Shown: positions 1-12,683, counted from the first letter of the stretch. The stretch: 64,000 nt of DNA from an uncultured Candidatus Peribacteria bacterium (GCA_964580035.1 CAZOJC010000005.1:9198-73197); one strand, 5' to 3'. The notes: generated by a model not told the origin, from the sequence alone. Translations and numbers: made by a program.

Positions 1-788
1 AGGCGATAGTCCTTGTCAATTGCGGCGATGGCATCGGTTGTCCCTTCGATGATCCCAAACAGATGAGAGTCTGAGTTGGAGGAGTGCTCTGGCTCTCTCA
101 CGGGGGACTCTTTCAATCGTTGGGGCATGGCAAGCGGTGCGCTCATGCTCGGCGGTGCCGATGCTGATGCAGGAAGAGCGGCCTTCCTCGACACGCATGT
201 GAGCTCGCGAGCACGAGCGAGCAGTGAGATCGCCCATGCAGCCAGAAGAAGCAGCGCCAGTGTGAGCCCCGCGAGCGCTACGAGTATACGAATATCTTCA
301 CGCGGAGAGAGTCGTAGTGTTTGGATATCTGCTTGCCTCGAAAAAGCAGTGACGCTTTCCTCGAGCAGCGCATGAAATGCGACTCGTTGCTGTCGCCATT
401 CTTGAAAGAGGGTTGCCACCCGCTTTCCCTGCTTCTTCGCAATGGCAGTAAGCAAATCAATTTCTATTGTCTGAAGAGATTCATACGATCTCGCTATCGA
501 CGATACGGCGAGCGCCTGAGCAGCCAAAGGAGATGCCTGTGAGGCTGACTTCAGAGCGTGATTGATCTCTTGCTGAGCGGTGCGCGCCTGCGTGAGTGCC
601 TCTGTATCGCCAGTGTACCGAGCGAGCGTGATGAGGTACGTCTGTCTGTGCTCAAGAGAGCGTACTTGTTCGAGGGAGCGTACGAGCGATGCCGAAGCGG
701 CGAGCCACCACGTTAATGCAGACACAAGCGCTACCGTGAATGTGGCGCACGCAAGCATCCATGCCGAGAGTGATCGCTGCAATGTCAT
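1..788 (-). CDS. Membrane sensor protein, N-terminal part (partial, runs off the window start): two TM helices flanking a ~130-aa helical extracytoplasmic region, then the start of a PAS-like domain
   Basis: Absent from the supplied ORF track because no stop lies inside the window. Manual minus-strand translation from ATG at 788-786 gives MTLQRSLSAWMLACATFTVALVSALTWWLAASA...ILVALAGLTLALLLLAAWAISLLA...LFGIIEGTTDAIAAIDKDYR and stays open to base 1. Confidence 0.6.
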   Translation of the reverse strand, partial: MTLQRSLSAWMLACATFTVALVSALTWWLAASASLVRSLEQVRSLEHRQTYLITLARYTGDTEALTQARTAQQEINHALKSASQASPLAAQALAVSSIARSYESLQTIEIDLLTAIAKKQGKRVATLFQEWRQQRVAFHALLEESVTAFSRQADIQTLRLSPREDIRILVALAGLTLALLLLAAWAISLLARARELTCVSRKAALPASASAPPSMSAPLAMPQRLKESPVREPEHSSNSDSHLFGIIEGTTDAIAAIDKDYR

Positions 789-856
789 GTGTGTGTGTTT
801 CTCCACTACAGTATAGCATACATTGAGCAGGCGTGCGTCTGTTCTGTTGTGTAATC

Positions 857-1973
857 TTAGGCAGCAATTCTTGACTGATCTTCCTCACCCCGCTCTAGCT
901 TTTGAGTAGTCACCTGAAAGGTATGAAACGGATCTTGTTCATTGTTGGGTATCCCATTGAATTGAGAGGGTGCATCGTCACCTTTTTCAACTTCGAGTGG
1001 AGTTTTCTTGCCATGCTGATCGATGGAATAAAAATTGCTATTACCATCGGCGATAAACCAATTGTTGCCATTGAGCGCGGGTACCTGAAACGTCCTAAGA
1101 TAATTAATGTCCTCCGCAGGATGCCAGTGCTTACCAACTATTATTGTATGATGTTTATCCGTGTGTAAATCAGCTCCCAACTGCAATCCAATACCGCTGC
1201 GAACTCTCTTGAATCCATCACGAATTTTTTCTTGCACACTTTCATTATGACCTTCGCCTAATTTCTGCAAAGCTGGCCCACCGTTCGCAACATAATGCAA
1301 TAACTGTGTTCTGCCGTACGCACCTAACACTGGTAAATTACCTCTCCAAATCTCATCTGGACGAGTTGTTAGGAGAGTGAGGCCTGCCTTCTCATGTAAT
1401 TGCTTCCAAGTTGCCAGAACTTCTTTATCGAATACATTAGTTTCATCTTGTGTAAGTCCATCGGGTGCACGAGGCAGATCGTGATTTCCCGTAAAGACGA
1501 AATAACGGTCTGGTGGAATTCCTGCTGCTTGAGCGAGTTGTATTCTTTCTGCGATGGCTGCTTCTGCTGCTTTCCTCCAGATTTTTATTATTCTTGCAGC
1601 GACTATATGTGGTTTCGTTTTATTATTTATACATCTTTACTAGATTCTTCCTGCGATCTTTGAGAATCTTTTGTCTTTTTCCTTCATAGAGCGTTTTTCC
1701 AGCCTTATCCATGATATCCCCCATATCGACAATGCATGAAAATACTTGTCCAGCGTTCCTTTCTCTTTCTATGTGATTCCTCATTTCATTCAAGTTTTTT
1801 TGAGTTCCATCTTGCCCTAAATGCGTATCTCCAAAGATAACAACAAGCTGATTACGAGTATTGCGTAATTCAATTTTTACTTCTGGATTCACCGTATCAG
1901 CAACTGCCAAAAGTTCAGGCACTTTTAATTGATTTTCGTTACTGTTGCTCTCATTGTTATTTGTATTCGACAT
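857..1973 (-). pseudogene. Calcineurin-like metallophosphoesterase split into two frames
   Basis: ORF 1623-1973 carries motif I VVIFGDTHLG and motif II IVDMGDIMD and ends in TAA-TAA (1625-1620). The +1 frame downstream is open from ~1639 to 857 and carries motif III FVFTGNHD (1478-1489), but has no ATG/GTG/TTG start before 1330. Confidence 0.6.
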
Positions 1974-2028
1974 GTTTATATAAAAGTGTTCTTATTATAT
2001 CATTAACGTGCTGTCCATTCAACTCTCC

Positions 2029-2529
2029 TCAGGGCTTCACAGGCGGGCCTCTGAAGATGAGAAGTGAGTACGAAGTGTTTGGATGTGCTTTGTGTAGGGC
2101 TGCAATCATTTTTTTGCCACGAGCAGTAGCAATGCTTCCATCATCAGCCAATGCTCTGCGCGGCCATGTTTCACCCGTGCTGAAATCGTGCATGAGGAGC
2201 ATGAGATTGGGTTCATGTTCATCTATCACTCCGAAGAGAAATGCGCCGTCTGAGACAGTGGTATAGCGAGGAGTGACATCGCCAAGTGTATCGAAGTACG
2301 TCGCAGGCACCACCGTCACACCATCTTCTACCACACGGTAGTACAGTGGCCTCGAAGCGCCACCCAGTCGTTTCGTTTCGATAACAATGCTTGTGCCGTC
2401 CAAGGTCGGCAGAGAGGCGATGACGAGCGGCAGACGGTTGAGAGCCGAAAATGCAAATATCCCTAGCGCCACAAGAAAGAAAGAGACGGCAAAGGCAAGA
2501 GGTACGCGACGGTGTGAGGGTGTGAGCAT
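2029..2529 (-). CDS. Hypothetical membrane-anchored protein (N-terminal TM helix)
   Basis: Internal start MLTPSHRRVPLAFAVSFFLVALGIFAFSAL lies 8 nt after the stop of the upstream gene. No family recognised. Confidence 0.5.
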   Translation of the reverse strand: MLTPSHRRVPLAFAVSFFLVALGIFAFSALNRLPLVIASLPTLDGTSIVIETKRLGGASRPLYYRVVEDGVTVVPATYFDTLGDVTPRYTTVSDGAFLFGVIDEHEPNLMLLMHDFSTGETWPRRALADDGSIATARGKKMIAALHKAHPNTSYSLLIFRGPPVKP

Positions 2530-2539
2530 AACGACTACA

Positions 2540-3685
2540 TTATGACAGGATATACGGATGATGCACGAGCGCGATGCCGATCGCCGAGACAACACTCGTC
2601 ACGATGAGGAGCAATGAAAGCCCGCGCATGAACCGAGTGTCATGATAGCAGGCGTACAGCGCATAGACTGGATAGAGTGGTGTCACCACACGTCCGATAC
2701 TGGTAATCACCCCCCACATGTGCGGATCCATTGAGAGCATGGTGCCCACGAGTCCTGTGAGGAGGAATGAGGTGATGTCGACGCTGCGGGAGATGCGCAC
2801 GCGCCACCAATCCAGCATGAGCCGAGCAGAGAGCAGCACGAGAAAGATGAGCAAAGGCAAGGAAGACAGGCGATAGCTATTCACTTTCTCAAAAAGCCAT
2901 ACAATCAACTGTCGAGGGCCGCGTAGCGAGAGATTCATAATTCTTTCGCCTGCTTGAAATGCGATGGAATCAAAGTGTAGCGCCAGGAAGTATTGCCAGA
3001 GCAGGAAGAGCCCGACAGGGAATAATAACCATATCGTATCGCGCCATCGCTTGTGTGCAAGCGCCCATACAAGGAGAAGAACAATGAGAAACACAGTCGT
3101 TTCCCTGCTGAGCAGAGAGAGGAGCAACGAAAGAGACGCAAGAAATCCCATCGTTCTTCCCTGTCGTTCCCAGAGGAAAAAGAACAGCATTATGAAAAAA
3201 AGACTGAGTGGTTCTGTGAGAGAAAAGAGGATCCCGACGAGAATCGCAGGATTACAGAGAATGGTGAAAGAATGTACGCTCATACGTTTGACCGTGAGAA
3301 GCAGAAGCACCAGAGAGCCGATGGATGCCAGAATATTTATAATGAGAAATGACACGGGGAACCACGCGTCGTTTCCAAGTGCGAGCAGATAGCCAAAGAG
3401 AGGAAAGAGAATGCGCTGGAATCGATACGCCGAACCAAAATGAGTGTCTTGCCCCAACAATAGAGCAGGAATCTCTCTCGCGATTTCGTAGTACGCCATC
3501 CCGTCGTACCCTTTTTCCTCATACAAAATAACACCCTCTGGCACGCGATACTCTTGTCCGAACCGCACGTCCATACGGAGCAGTGTTGAGACGTTCCACT
3601 CATAGTGATAGACGGCAAGAGCGACGAGTAAGCCAAGTCCAACTGCCGAACACCCCGCCACCCAAAGCAACTGTCGAACGTGCAT
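2540..3685 (-). CDS. Polytopic integral membrane protein, possibly a surface-glycopolymer or lipid-linked glycosyltransferase-like protein
   Basis: Start taken at MHVRQLLWVAGCSAV (ATG 3685), leaving a divergent intergenic region before rfbF. About 10 or more hydrophobic helices. Sits beside the sugar-nucleotide cluster. Confidence 0.5.
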   Translation of the reverse strand: MHVRQLLWVAGCSAVGLGLLVALAVYHYEWNVSTLLRMDVRFGQEYRVPEGVILYEEKGYDGMAYYEIAREIPALLLGQDTHFGSAYRFQRILFPLFGYLLALGNDAWFPVSFLIINILASIGSLVLLLLTVKRMSVHSFTILCNPAILVGILFSLTEPLSLFFIMLFFFLWERQGRTMGFLASLSLLLSLLSRETTVFLIVLLLVWALAHKRWRDTIWLLFPVGLFLLWQYFLALHFDSIAFQAGERIMNLSLRGPRQLIVWLFEKVNSYRLSSLPLLIFLVLLSARLMLDWWRVRISRSVDITSFLLTGLVGTMLSMDPHMWGVITSIGRVVTPLYPVYALYACYHDTRFMRGLSLLLIVTSVVSAIGIALVHHPYILS

Positions 3686-3814
3686 GCAGAGAGTATAGGC
3701 AGGCTTGAGAGGAGGATCAACGCGGGCTCTTGCGCCAGCAACACTCTCTCTTCTGAGGCAGAGAGAGGCGTAAAAGAAATGGCAGACCGCCTTCTCAATC
3801 GCTAAAATGCACGT

Positions 3815-4615
3815 ATGAAAGTGATCATCCTCTGCGGCGGACAAGGAACACGATTGCGGGAAGAGACTGAATTCAAGCCAAAACCCATGGTTATGGTGGG
3901 TGAAAAACCCATTCTCTGGCATATCATGAAGTCATACGCGCATCATGGAATCAAAGATTTCGTCCTGTGCCTCGGATACAAAGGTGCGATGATAAAGGAA
4001 TACTTCTTGGAGTATCAGGCAATGAATAATGATTTCACGATCACTCTCGGTACAAACCGTACTCTTGAGGTGCACGGAGACCATGCGGAAGAAGGATTCA
4101 CGGTGACGCTTGCCAATACGGGGCTCAATGCTAATACAGGCTCTCGCGTAAAACAGGTTCAACACTACGTTGAAGACGATACAGTGTGCGTCACATACGG
4201 CGACGGACTTTCCGATGTCGATATCGGTAAGCTCATTGAGTTCCATCGTTCCCATGGGCGCATTGGCACGGCCACGTCAGTGAGGCCTCAGTCTAGATAT
4301 GGAGTGCTGGAGATCGATGAGACAGGAGTAGTGAGAAACTTTGCCGAAAAGCCACAGAAAGAAGGATGGGTGAGTGCGGGAATTTTCGTCTTCCAACGAT
4401 CGTTTTTTGACTATCTTTCAGCCGATTATTCTTGTGTCATGGAGCAAGAACCACTGCGTGATTTAGCTCACGCAGGAGAGTTGATGGCGTACAAGCACGA
4501 GGGAGTGTTCTATCCGATGGATACATTCCGCGAAGCCCTCATGCTCAATGAGCTTTGGAATAAGGGGAATGCATCGTGGGCATCGTGGCTCTCTCCACCT
4601 TCTTCACTGCGATGA
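3815..4615 (+). CDS. rfbF: Glucose-1-phosphate cytidylyltransferase
   Basis: [57 protein letters not shown] is the characteristic RfbF/DdhA N-terminus. Length is typical. Confidence 0.9.
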   Translation: MKVIILCGGQGTRLREETEFKPKPMVMVGEKPILWHIMKSYAHHGIKDFVLCLGYKGAMIKEYFLEYQAMNNDFTITLGTNRTLEVHGDHAEEGFTVTLANTGLNANTGSRVKQVQHYVEDDTVCVTYGDGLSDVDIGKLIEFHRSHGRIGTATSVRPQSRYGVLEIDETGVVRNFAEKPQKEGWVSAGIFVFQRSFFDYLSADYSCVMEQEPLRDLAHAGELMAYKHEGVFYPMDTFREALMLNELWNKGNASWASWLSPPSSLR

Positions 4616-5592
4616 CATCCTCATTTTGGCATGATCGGTCCGTATTTGTGACGGGAGCATCGGGGCTTGTGGGTTCTGCGACTGTCGCAGAGCTGATTTC
4701 GAAAGGAGCGTCTGTGGTAATTTTGCAGCGTGATTGGGTTCCGGATGCCGAGCTAGTGCGCTCTGGCGCAACGCAGCACGTCTCAATAGTTCGCGGTGAT
4801 CTCTCAAGCATCTCTCTTCTGGAGCGAGTACTGGGAGAGTACGAGGTGCAGACGGTACTTCACCTTGCTGCGCAGGCCATTGTGGGAGTCGCTAACAAAA
4901 ATCCTCTCTCGACCTTTGAATCTAACGTCAGAGGAACATGGAATCTCTTAGAGGCGTGCAGACGTTCTCCCCTTATTTCTGAGATAGTGGTGGCATCATC
5001 GGATAAAGCCTACGGGGATCAGCCGACACTTCCTTACACTGAAGACATGCCACTTCTGGCTAGGCATCCCTACGATGTCTCAAAAGCGTGTACAGATTTA
5101 ATCGCTCAAAGCTATGCAATGACATTTTCATTACCCCTAGCAATCTCTCGCTGCGGTAATTTTTACGGTCCGGGAGATCTCAATTGGAATCGAATTGTAC
5201 CCGGGACTATTCGTTCGGTGCTTCGTGGGAAGCGTCCAATCATTCGTTCTGACGGTACATTCCTTCGAGATTATTTTTTTGTAGAAGATGGTGCCGCCGC
5301 ATATCTGACTCTCGCCGAGAATATGAGTGCGAACAGCGCCCTTCATGGCCACGTGTTCAATTTTTCCACTGAAGAGCCACTGACGGTTCTTACGCTCACG
5401 GATCGGATTCTCACTCTCATGCAATCGAATCTGACGCCAATTGTAAAAAATGAAGCAACGCATGAAATTCTTAAGCAGCATCTCAGCGCGAAAAAAGCGA
5501 AGACGTTACTCAACTGGACGCCAAAGTACTCACTCGAGGAAGGACTCATAAAAACGATTGCTTGGTATACGCAATTTTTCTCTCAATCATGA
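4612..5592 (+). CDS. SDR-family NDP-sugar 4,6-dehydratase (CDP-glucose 4,6-dehydratase-like)
   Basis: [18 protein letters not shown] Rossmann motif; YDVSK catalytic Y-x3-K; ATGA overlap with the rfbF stop (start MTSSFW at 4612). Confidence 0.7.
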   Translation: MTSSFWHDRSVFVTGASGLVGSATVAELISKGASVVILQRDWVPDAELVRSGATQHVSIVRGDLSSISLLERVLGEYEVQTVLHLAAQAIVGVANKNPLSTFESNVRGTWNLLEACRRSPLISEIVVASSDKAYGDQPTLPYTEDMPLLARHPYDVSKACTDLIAQSYAMTFSLPLAISRCGNFYGPGDLNWNRIVPGTIRSVLRGKRPIIRSDGTFLRDYFFVEDGAAAYLTLAENMSANSALHGHVFNFSTEEPLTVLTLTDRILTLMQSNLTPIVKNEATHEILKQHLSAKKAKTLLNWTPKYSLEEGLIKTIAWYTQFFSQS

Positions 5593-6815
5593 GCGAAATC
5601 ACTGCTTGTCGGTCATGCGAGGCGAAGAATTTTGACATCGTTCTTGATCTCGGAGCGCTTCCTCTTGCCAACGCTCTTCTCACGAGAGAGCAGTGCTCAC
5701 AGCCAGAAAGAAACTATCCTCTGACGCTGGTTCGATGTGCAACATGTTCACTTCTTCAGATTACCGAACGTGTTCCTGCGGATATTCTCTTCTCGCATTA
5801 CTTCTATTGTTCGTCATTCTCACGGACGTTTCTTGAGCATTGCAAATCGTTGGCGCAGCGAATGATTCGAGAGCGACAATTGAGCGCATCCTCTCTTGTG
5901 ATCGATATCGCGAGCAATGATGGCTACTTACTGCAGTACTATCGCGAAAAAAACATTCCAATCCTCGGAGTGGAACCAGCGAGGAATATTGCAGCTAAAG
6001 CAGTGGAGGAGGGGATCCCCACCCGCATGGCATTCTTCACGTCTGACGAGGCAGAAGCGATGGCGCAGGAAGGCATTCGCGCAGATGTCATTCATGCCAA
6101 CAATGTTCTGCCGCACGTGGCGAATCAAAAGGATTTCGTGCGCGGCATCAAACAAGTGCTGAAGCCGACAGGCATTGCCGTCATCGAGTTTGCTTACGCA
6201 GTCGATACCATTGATCGAACCGAGTTCGATCAGATCTACCACGAACACATGTGCTACTTCTCATTCACATCATTCCAACGATTATGTTCATCTGCAGGCC
6301 TAGCCACAGTGTCGGTAGAACGGCTATCTGTCCATGGCGGATCTCTCAGAGTTTTCCTTGCTCATAGTGCCATGACACAGGATGCTTCAGTCGCAGCTAT
6401 GCTGCATGCCGAGAAAGCGTGGGGAGTGGATACCCCCGAGCCGTACCGCAAGTTCGCTACCCGTGTTGCAACGCTCAAGACATCTCTCTTGGCGTTACTC
6501 AACGAGCTCAAAGCTCACGGTAAGCGTATTGCTGTCTACGGTGCATCCGCCAAAGGCAGCACGCTCATGAATTCATTTGGAATAGGGAAGGAATTGGTAG
6601 ACTACATAGTCGATAGAAACAGAGCGAAGCATGGATTTTTTTCACCAGGAACGCACGTGGAGATTTTTCCTGCTGAAAAATTACTTTCAGATCAACCTGA
6701 GTACACGCTTCTCCTCACATGGAATTTTGAGAGAGAAATTTTACTCGAACAGAAAGAGTATCGTGCACGTGGAGGAAAATTTATAGTGCCTATCCCAGAG
6801 CCTACAGTCGTCTGA
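5589..6815 (+). CDS. NDP-hexose C-methyltransferase (SAM-dependent, N-terminal Zn-ribbon)
   Basis: CRSC...CATC cysteine pairs followed by LPLANALL; methyltransferase core [12 protein letters not shown]; C-terminal C-methyltransferase-like region; ATGA overlap with the upstream stop. Confidence 0.7.
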   Translation: MSEITACRSCEAKNFDIVLDLGALPLANALLTREQCSQPERNYPLTLVRCATCSLLQITERVPADILFSHYFYCSSFSRTFLEHCKSLAQRMIRERQLSASSLVIDIASNDGYLLQYYREKNIPILGVEPARNIAAKAVEEGIPTRMAFFTSDEAEAMAQEGIRADVIHANNVLPHVANQKDFVRGIKQVLKPTGIAVIEFAYAVDTIDRTEFDQIYHEHMCYFSFTSFQRLCSSAGLATVSVERLSVHGGSLRVFLAHSAMTQDASVAAMLHAEKAWGVDTPEPYRKFATRVATLKTSLLALLNELKAHGKRIAVYGASAKGSTLMNSFGIGKELVDYIVDRNRAKHGFFSPGTHVEIFPAEKLLSDQPEYTLLLTWNFEREILLEQKEYRARGGKFIVPIPEPTVV

Positions 6816-6827
6816 TAGGATAGCAGC

Positions 6828-7355
6828 ATGCAGATGCATGAGTTGGATCTTCCGGGAGTATTCCTCGTAGACATTCAAAAAATGAGCGATAATCGAGGAT
6901 TTTTTGCTCGTACATGGGATGCTATACAGGCAAAAGAGACAGGTCTCGTGCCTCACTTTGAGTATTCCTGCATCTCGAGAAATACCGCCAAGCACACGCT
7001 GCGAGGTATGCATTACCAAAGACACCCGTATGGAGAGGTGAAGCTCGTTCGCTGCACAAAAGGAGCACTGTTCGATGTCGTCGTCGATCTGCGTCCTGCA
7101 TCTACAACTTTTTCACACTGGGTGAGTGTCGAGCTGAGCGCCGAGAACCATCGAGCTCTCTACATTCCTAAAGGCTGCGCACACGGATTTCTCACACTTG
7201 AAGATGAAACAGAGGTTCTCTATGAAATCGCGGGAGCGTACAAAGCAGAGGCATCAGTTGGCGTGAGATTTGATGATCCAGCATTCGGCATCGTCTGGCC
7301 AGCCGCACCCTCTGTGATCGCCTCACGTGATGCGAGCTACCCATTGTTTACATGA
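6828..7355 (+). CDS. rfbC: NDP-4-dehydro-6-deoxyhexose 3,5-epimerase (RmlC cupin family)
   Basis: LPGVFLVDIQKMSDNRGFFARTWD, GMHYQ, KLVRCTKGALFDVVVDLR and YIPKGCAHGF are typical RmlC motifs. Confidence 0.85.
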   Translation: MQMHELDLPGVFLVDIQKMSDNRGFFARTWDAIQAKETGLVPHFEYSCISRNTAKHTLRGMHYQRHPYGEVKLVRCTKGALFDVVVDLRPASTTFSHWVSVELSAENHRALYIPKGCAHGFLTLEDETEVLYEIAGAYKAEASVGVRFDDPAFGIVWPAAPSVIASRDASYPLFT

Positions 7356-8254
7356 GCCACAGAGTCCTCGTCACTGGAGCGAGCGGATTCATAGGCAGAG
7401 CAATCTTGCCCCTTCTGAGCGCTTTTGGATGCGAAATTCACGCTGTTTGTCAGACGAAATCTCTCGCCGTGCCAGATGTCACGTGGCATCGTACGGATCT
7501 TCTGCTCACAGAGCAGCGCAGAGAGCTCCTCGTGCAGGTTCGGCCTACTCACATCATTCACACAGCATGGATTACTACTCCGGAAATCTACTGGACATCG
7601 CCACTCAATGAATTGTGGAAAGCTGCCACGCTTGATCTCCTCTCTCTTGGGGAGAAGGTAGGTGCAGAGCGTTTTATAGGAGTGGGATCCTGCGCGGAGT
7701 ATGACTGGTCGGCAGGAGTAATGGACGAACACACCACTCCCCTGACAGCTGCTACGCCATACGGTCAAGCCAAGGCGGCCTGTGGTATGGCCGTCATTCA
7801 TCATGCGGGTGCCATGAGCACTGCATGGGGGAGACTATTTCATCTCTATGGCCCATATGAGCACCCACGAAGACTGGTGCCGTCTGTCATTCGTTCCCTA
7901 CTGGCAGGGAAGAGAGCCCAGTGTACGCACGGGGAGCAAATACGAGATTTCTTGCATGTGAGTGATGTGGCGGCTTCATTGGCCGCTCTGATGTTTTCGG
8001 ACTATACGGGTCCCGTGAACATTGGCTCTGGCAAACGGGTCGTCATCAAACAGATCATTACAATGATTGCGAGAGAACTCGATAGGGAAGATCTAATCGA
8101 CCTAGGGTCGATTCCTGCCCCACGCAATGATCCTCCATTACTCGCTCCGAACGTTGATCGATTAACGCGGTCAATCGGCTGGAAACCAGCGCACTCGTTA
8201 GAGCAAGGAATACAAAAAACCGTGGAGTGGTGGATGCAGCAAGAAAAAAAATAA
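7352..8254 (+). CDS. NAD-dependent epimerase/dehydratase family protein (likely NDP-4-keto sugar reductase)
   Basis: VLVTGASGFIGRAILPLL Rossmann motif; YGQAK Y-x3-K; ATGA overlap with rfbC. Confidence 0.75.
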   Translation: MSHRVLVTGASGFIGRAILPLLSAFGCEIHAVCQTKSLAVPDVTWHRTDLLLTEQRRELLVQVRPTHIIHTAWITTPEIYWTSPLNELWKAATLDLLSLGEKVGAERFIGVGSCAEYDWSAGVMDEHTTPLTAATPYGQAKAACGMAVIHHAGAMSTAWGRLFHLYGPYEHPRRLVPSVIRSLLAGKRAQCTHGEQIRDFLHVSDVAASLAALMFSDYTGPVNIGSGKRVVIKQIITMIARELDREDLIDLGSIPAPRNDPPLLAPNVDRLTRSIGWKPAHSLEQGIQKTVEWWMQQEKK

Positions 8255-8321
8255 TATATTTTCCTCAACCAAGGAAAAGAAGCTACTATACGTAGCGTAT
8301 TTCGCCTATTTCTTGCATCCG

Positions 8322-9086
8322 ATGAAGCTACACATAGACACTAATACGGCGTCACTCGTGCTAGAAGATGAAGCGTTCAGCAAGACAATTCCCCTCTACT
8401 CAAAAGAGTCATTTGAGATACTGTCAGACCTATGGGCTAAAGTTGGATGGAACGAAAAATACACGTATACATTCATGTGGATGGGGATACCAATCATTCA
8501 GCTTCCCGAGGATATGATACGGCTGCAGGAAGTCATCTGGCGTGTGAAGCCCGATGTCATCGTAGAATGCGGGGTGGCCCACGGTGGAGGGAGTATCTAC
8601 CTTGCAAGTATCTGTAAGGCCATAGGCAAAGGACGAGTGATTGGCGTGGAGGTGGAATTCCGCGGGGATCATAAAGAACAGATCGAGCGTCATATTCTCG
8701 GCCCGCTCATAACGCTCATCAATGCAAGCTCCATCGATCCAGCAACGGTTGCTCAGGTACGACGCCTCATACATCCAGGCGAAACCGTCATGGTCATTCT
8801 CGATTCTAACCATTCAAAGGCTCACGTGATGGCGGAGCTCGAAGCGTATCACAGTTTCATCACGCCAGGATCGTATATCGTTGCTACCGATGGATGCATG
8901 GAAGATTTCTACGACGCTCCAATAGGAAAGCCGAATTGGAAGCAGGATAATCCTGCTGCTGCAGCCCGCGATTTTGCAGCATCACATCCGGAATTTGTAT
9001 TTGACAATCCTGTGCCCCAATTCAATGAGAGCAAGCTTACGAAAACGATAACTCACTGGCCAGACGCTTGGCTAAAAAGAATTTGA
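8322..9086 (+). CDS. CmcI/cephalosporin-hydroxylase-family SAM-dependent O-methyltransferase
   Basis: WMGIPIIQLPEDMIRLQEVIWRVKPDVIVECGVAHGGGSIYLA matches the CmcI-type fold motif. A TTG at 8313 is an alternative start. Confidence 0.7.
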   Translation: MKLHIDTNTASLVLEDEAFSKTIPLYSKESFEILSDLWAKVGWNEKYTYTFMWMGIPIIQLPEDMIRLQEVIWRVKPDVIVECGVAHGGGSIYLASICKAIGKGRVIGVEVEFRGDHKEQIERHILGPLITLINASSIDPATVAQVRRLIHPGETVMVILDSNHSKAHVMAELEAYHSFITPGSYIVATDGCMEDFYDAPIGKPNWKQDNPAAAARDFAASHPEFVFDNPVPQFNESKLTKTITHWPDAWLKRI

Positions 9087-9098
9087 TAATCGACACCG

Positions 9099-10040
9099 AT
9101 GGACAATCCTTCCTTCCCTCTCGTTTCCGTCGGCATTCCTACCTACAACGAAGCCGAGTATATTCGGGCCTCACTTGATAATCTTCTGTCTCAGACCTAC
9201 CCAAATATTCAGATTACCATCTCTGATAATGCGAGCACTGACGGAACATCGGACATAGCGGCTGAGTATGCAAAAGCATTTCCGAACATCACACACGTAC
9301 GCCACGAGACAAATATTGGTCAACACGCAAACTTCAATTATCTCCCAACCGCTGCAACAGGCACCTATTTTTTGTGGGCCGCCGGCCACGATTTGCTCGA
9401 GCAGACGTTCATTGCCTCTGCGGTCGAGGCACTGCAGACTCATCCCACCGCAGTGCTCGCATTTCCCCGAACAATCGACATTCTGGCGGATGGCACGCCG
9501 TTCAATGAGAATTCACGTGTGTTTGATATTCTGAAGGCAGACGCGTGTAAGCGGTTTACTGAGACGATGTGGCGAGTGGATTGCAATTACGTGTACGGCG
9601 TGTACAAACGAGAGCCGATGCTTCGCACGCATCTCTTTCAGGCAATTCCCGCTCCGGATCGAGTATTCCTCTCAGAGATGGCAGTGCTCGGACCATTTGT
9701 GCCTGCCAATACGATCCGTTACTGCCGTATGAATAGAGGCAAGAAACAGACAGAAGTGGAAAAACGTCATCGACTCATGCGCTACATCATTCCAGGCAGA
9801 ACGTTCACGGACGCAGAGCTGATGACCAATCGTTTCTATGAGCCGACATTCAGGGCATTTCACAGGGTGGTATCGGAAGGGAATTTTTCGTTTTTTGAAA
9901 CAATCAGACTTCATTTTTCAGTTTGGCTTGCAGGAGTAATGAAAGCGCACATGTTTCCTGGGGCAGACGTTTTGAGCAAGATCGTCAAGACGTGTCTCCC
10001 TCGGCCAATACTCAAAAAAATACTCGCAAAGATGCAGTGA
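9099..10040 (+). CDS. Family 2 glycosyltransferase
   Basis: VSVGIPTYNEAEYIRASLDNLLSQTYPNIQITISDNASTDGT is the canonical GT2 N-terminus. Confidence 0.85.
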   Translation: MDNPSFPLVSVGIPTYNEAEYIRASLDNLLSQTYPNIQITISDNASTDGTSDIAAEYAKAFPNITHVRHETNIGQHANFNYLPTAATGTYFLWAAGHDLLEQTFIASAVEALQTHPTAVLAFPRTIDILADGTPFNENSRVFDILKADACKRFTETMWRVDCNYVYGVYKREPMLRTHLFQAIPAPDRVFLSEMAVLGPFVPANTIRYCRMNRGKKQTEVEKRHRLMRYIIPGRTFTDAELMTNRFYEPTFRAFHRVVSEGNFSFFETIRLHFSVWLAGVMKAHMFPGADVLSKIVKTCLPRPILKKILAKMQ

Positions 10041-10059
10041 GACCTAAGCGTGCGCTCCC

Positions 10060-10314
10060 TCACGCTTCCCTTGCCTTGCGCCCCATCTCAATCACCGCTC
10101 TGCAGATTTTCTCCATCGATGCTTCATCAAGATCAAAATCAATTGCTTCTTCAAGCCAATTGCTCAGCACCTGCTCTTCACGCGTGGCTAGCTGCTCATC
10201 GTCCGGAAGTTGCACCGTCACTTGGCGGACTAAGCCCATACGCCGAGAGAGTAATTCAACGATCTGACGATCGAGAATATCTATTTGCCTGCGCAGATCT
10301 GAAACAGAAGGCAT
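10060..10314 (-). CDS. AroQ-class (type II) chorismate mutase-like small protein
   Basis: LRRQIDILDRQIVELLSRRMGLVRQV followed by REEQVL resembles the CM_2 helix pattern. 84 aa. Confidence 0.5.
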   Translation of the reverse strand: MPSVSDLRRQIDILDRQIVELLSRRMGLVRQVTVQLPDDEQLATREEQVLSNWLEEAIDFDLDEASMEKICRAVIEMGRKAREA

Positions 10315-10454
10315 TGCGGGGCTATCCTCTCTATTTCAATAGATATTGCAATTGACAATATAGTATAAGTAGTTTTTTGAAATCATATATTCACGCCTTT
10401 TGCCTTGTTCCTGCAGAGAGAAAACAGGCATTACGCGCAGGGCAATTTTGCTAA

Positions 10455-12551
<2,097 letters not shown>

Positions 12552-12683
12552 CATTCGCTTGCCTCTTCTGCTCACAGTACTACACTACAGGCTCACATGA
12601 TGCCTGTATCATCGTCACTGGCTCGTCGTACTGCTTCGGAAGAAGCGGTGATATAAGCCTGTGAACTCACGATTTCCCGCTTC

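Noticed and set aside
2540-3922. Full 460-aa version of the membrane-protein ORF
   Set aside because: The first 79 aa would overlap the rfbF start region and promoter. The hydrophobic protein begins naturally at MHVRQLL (3685).
10340-10375. TTGCAA/TTGACA plus TATAAG promoter-like elements upstream of ligA
   Set aside because: The hexamers are present, but the spacings (6 or 12 nt) do not fit a sigma70 promoter, so I did not report it as a feature.
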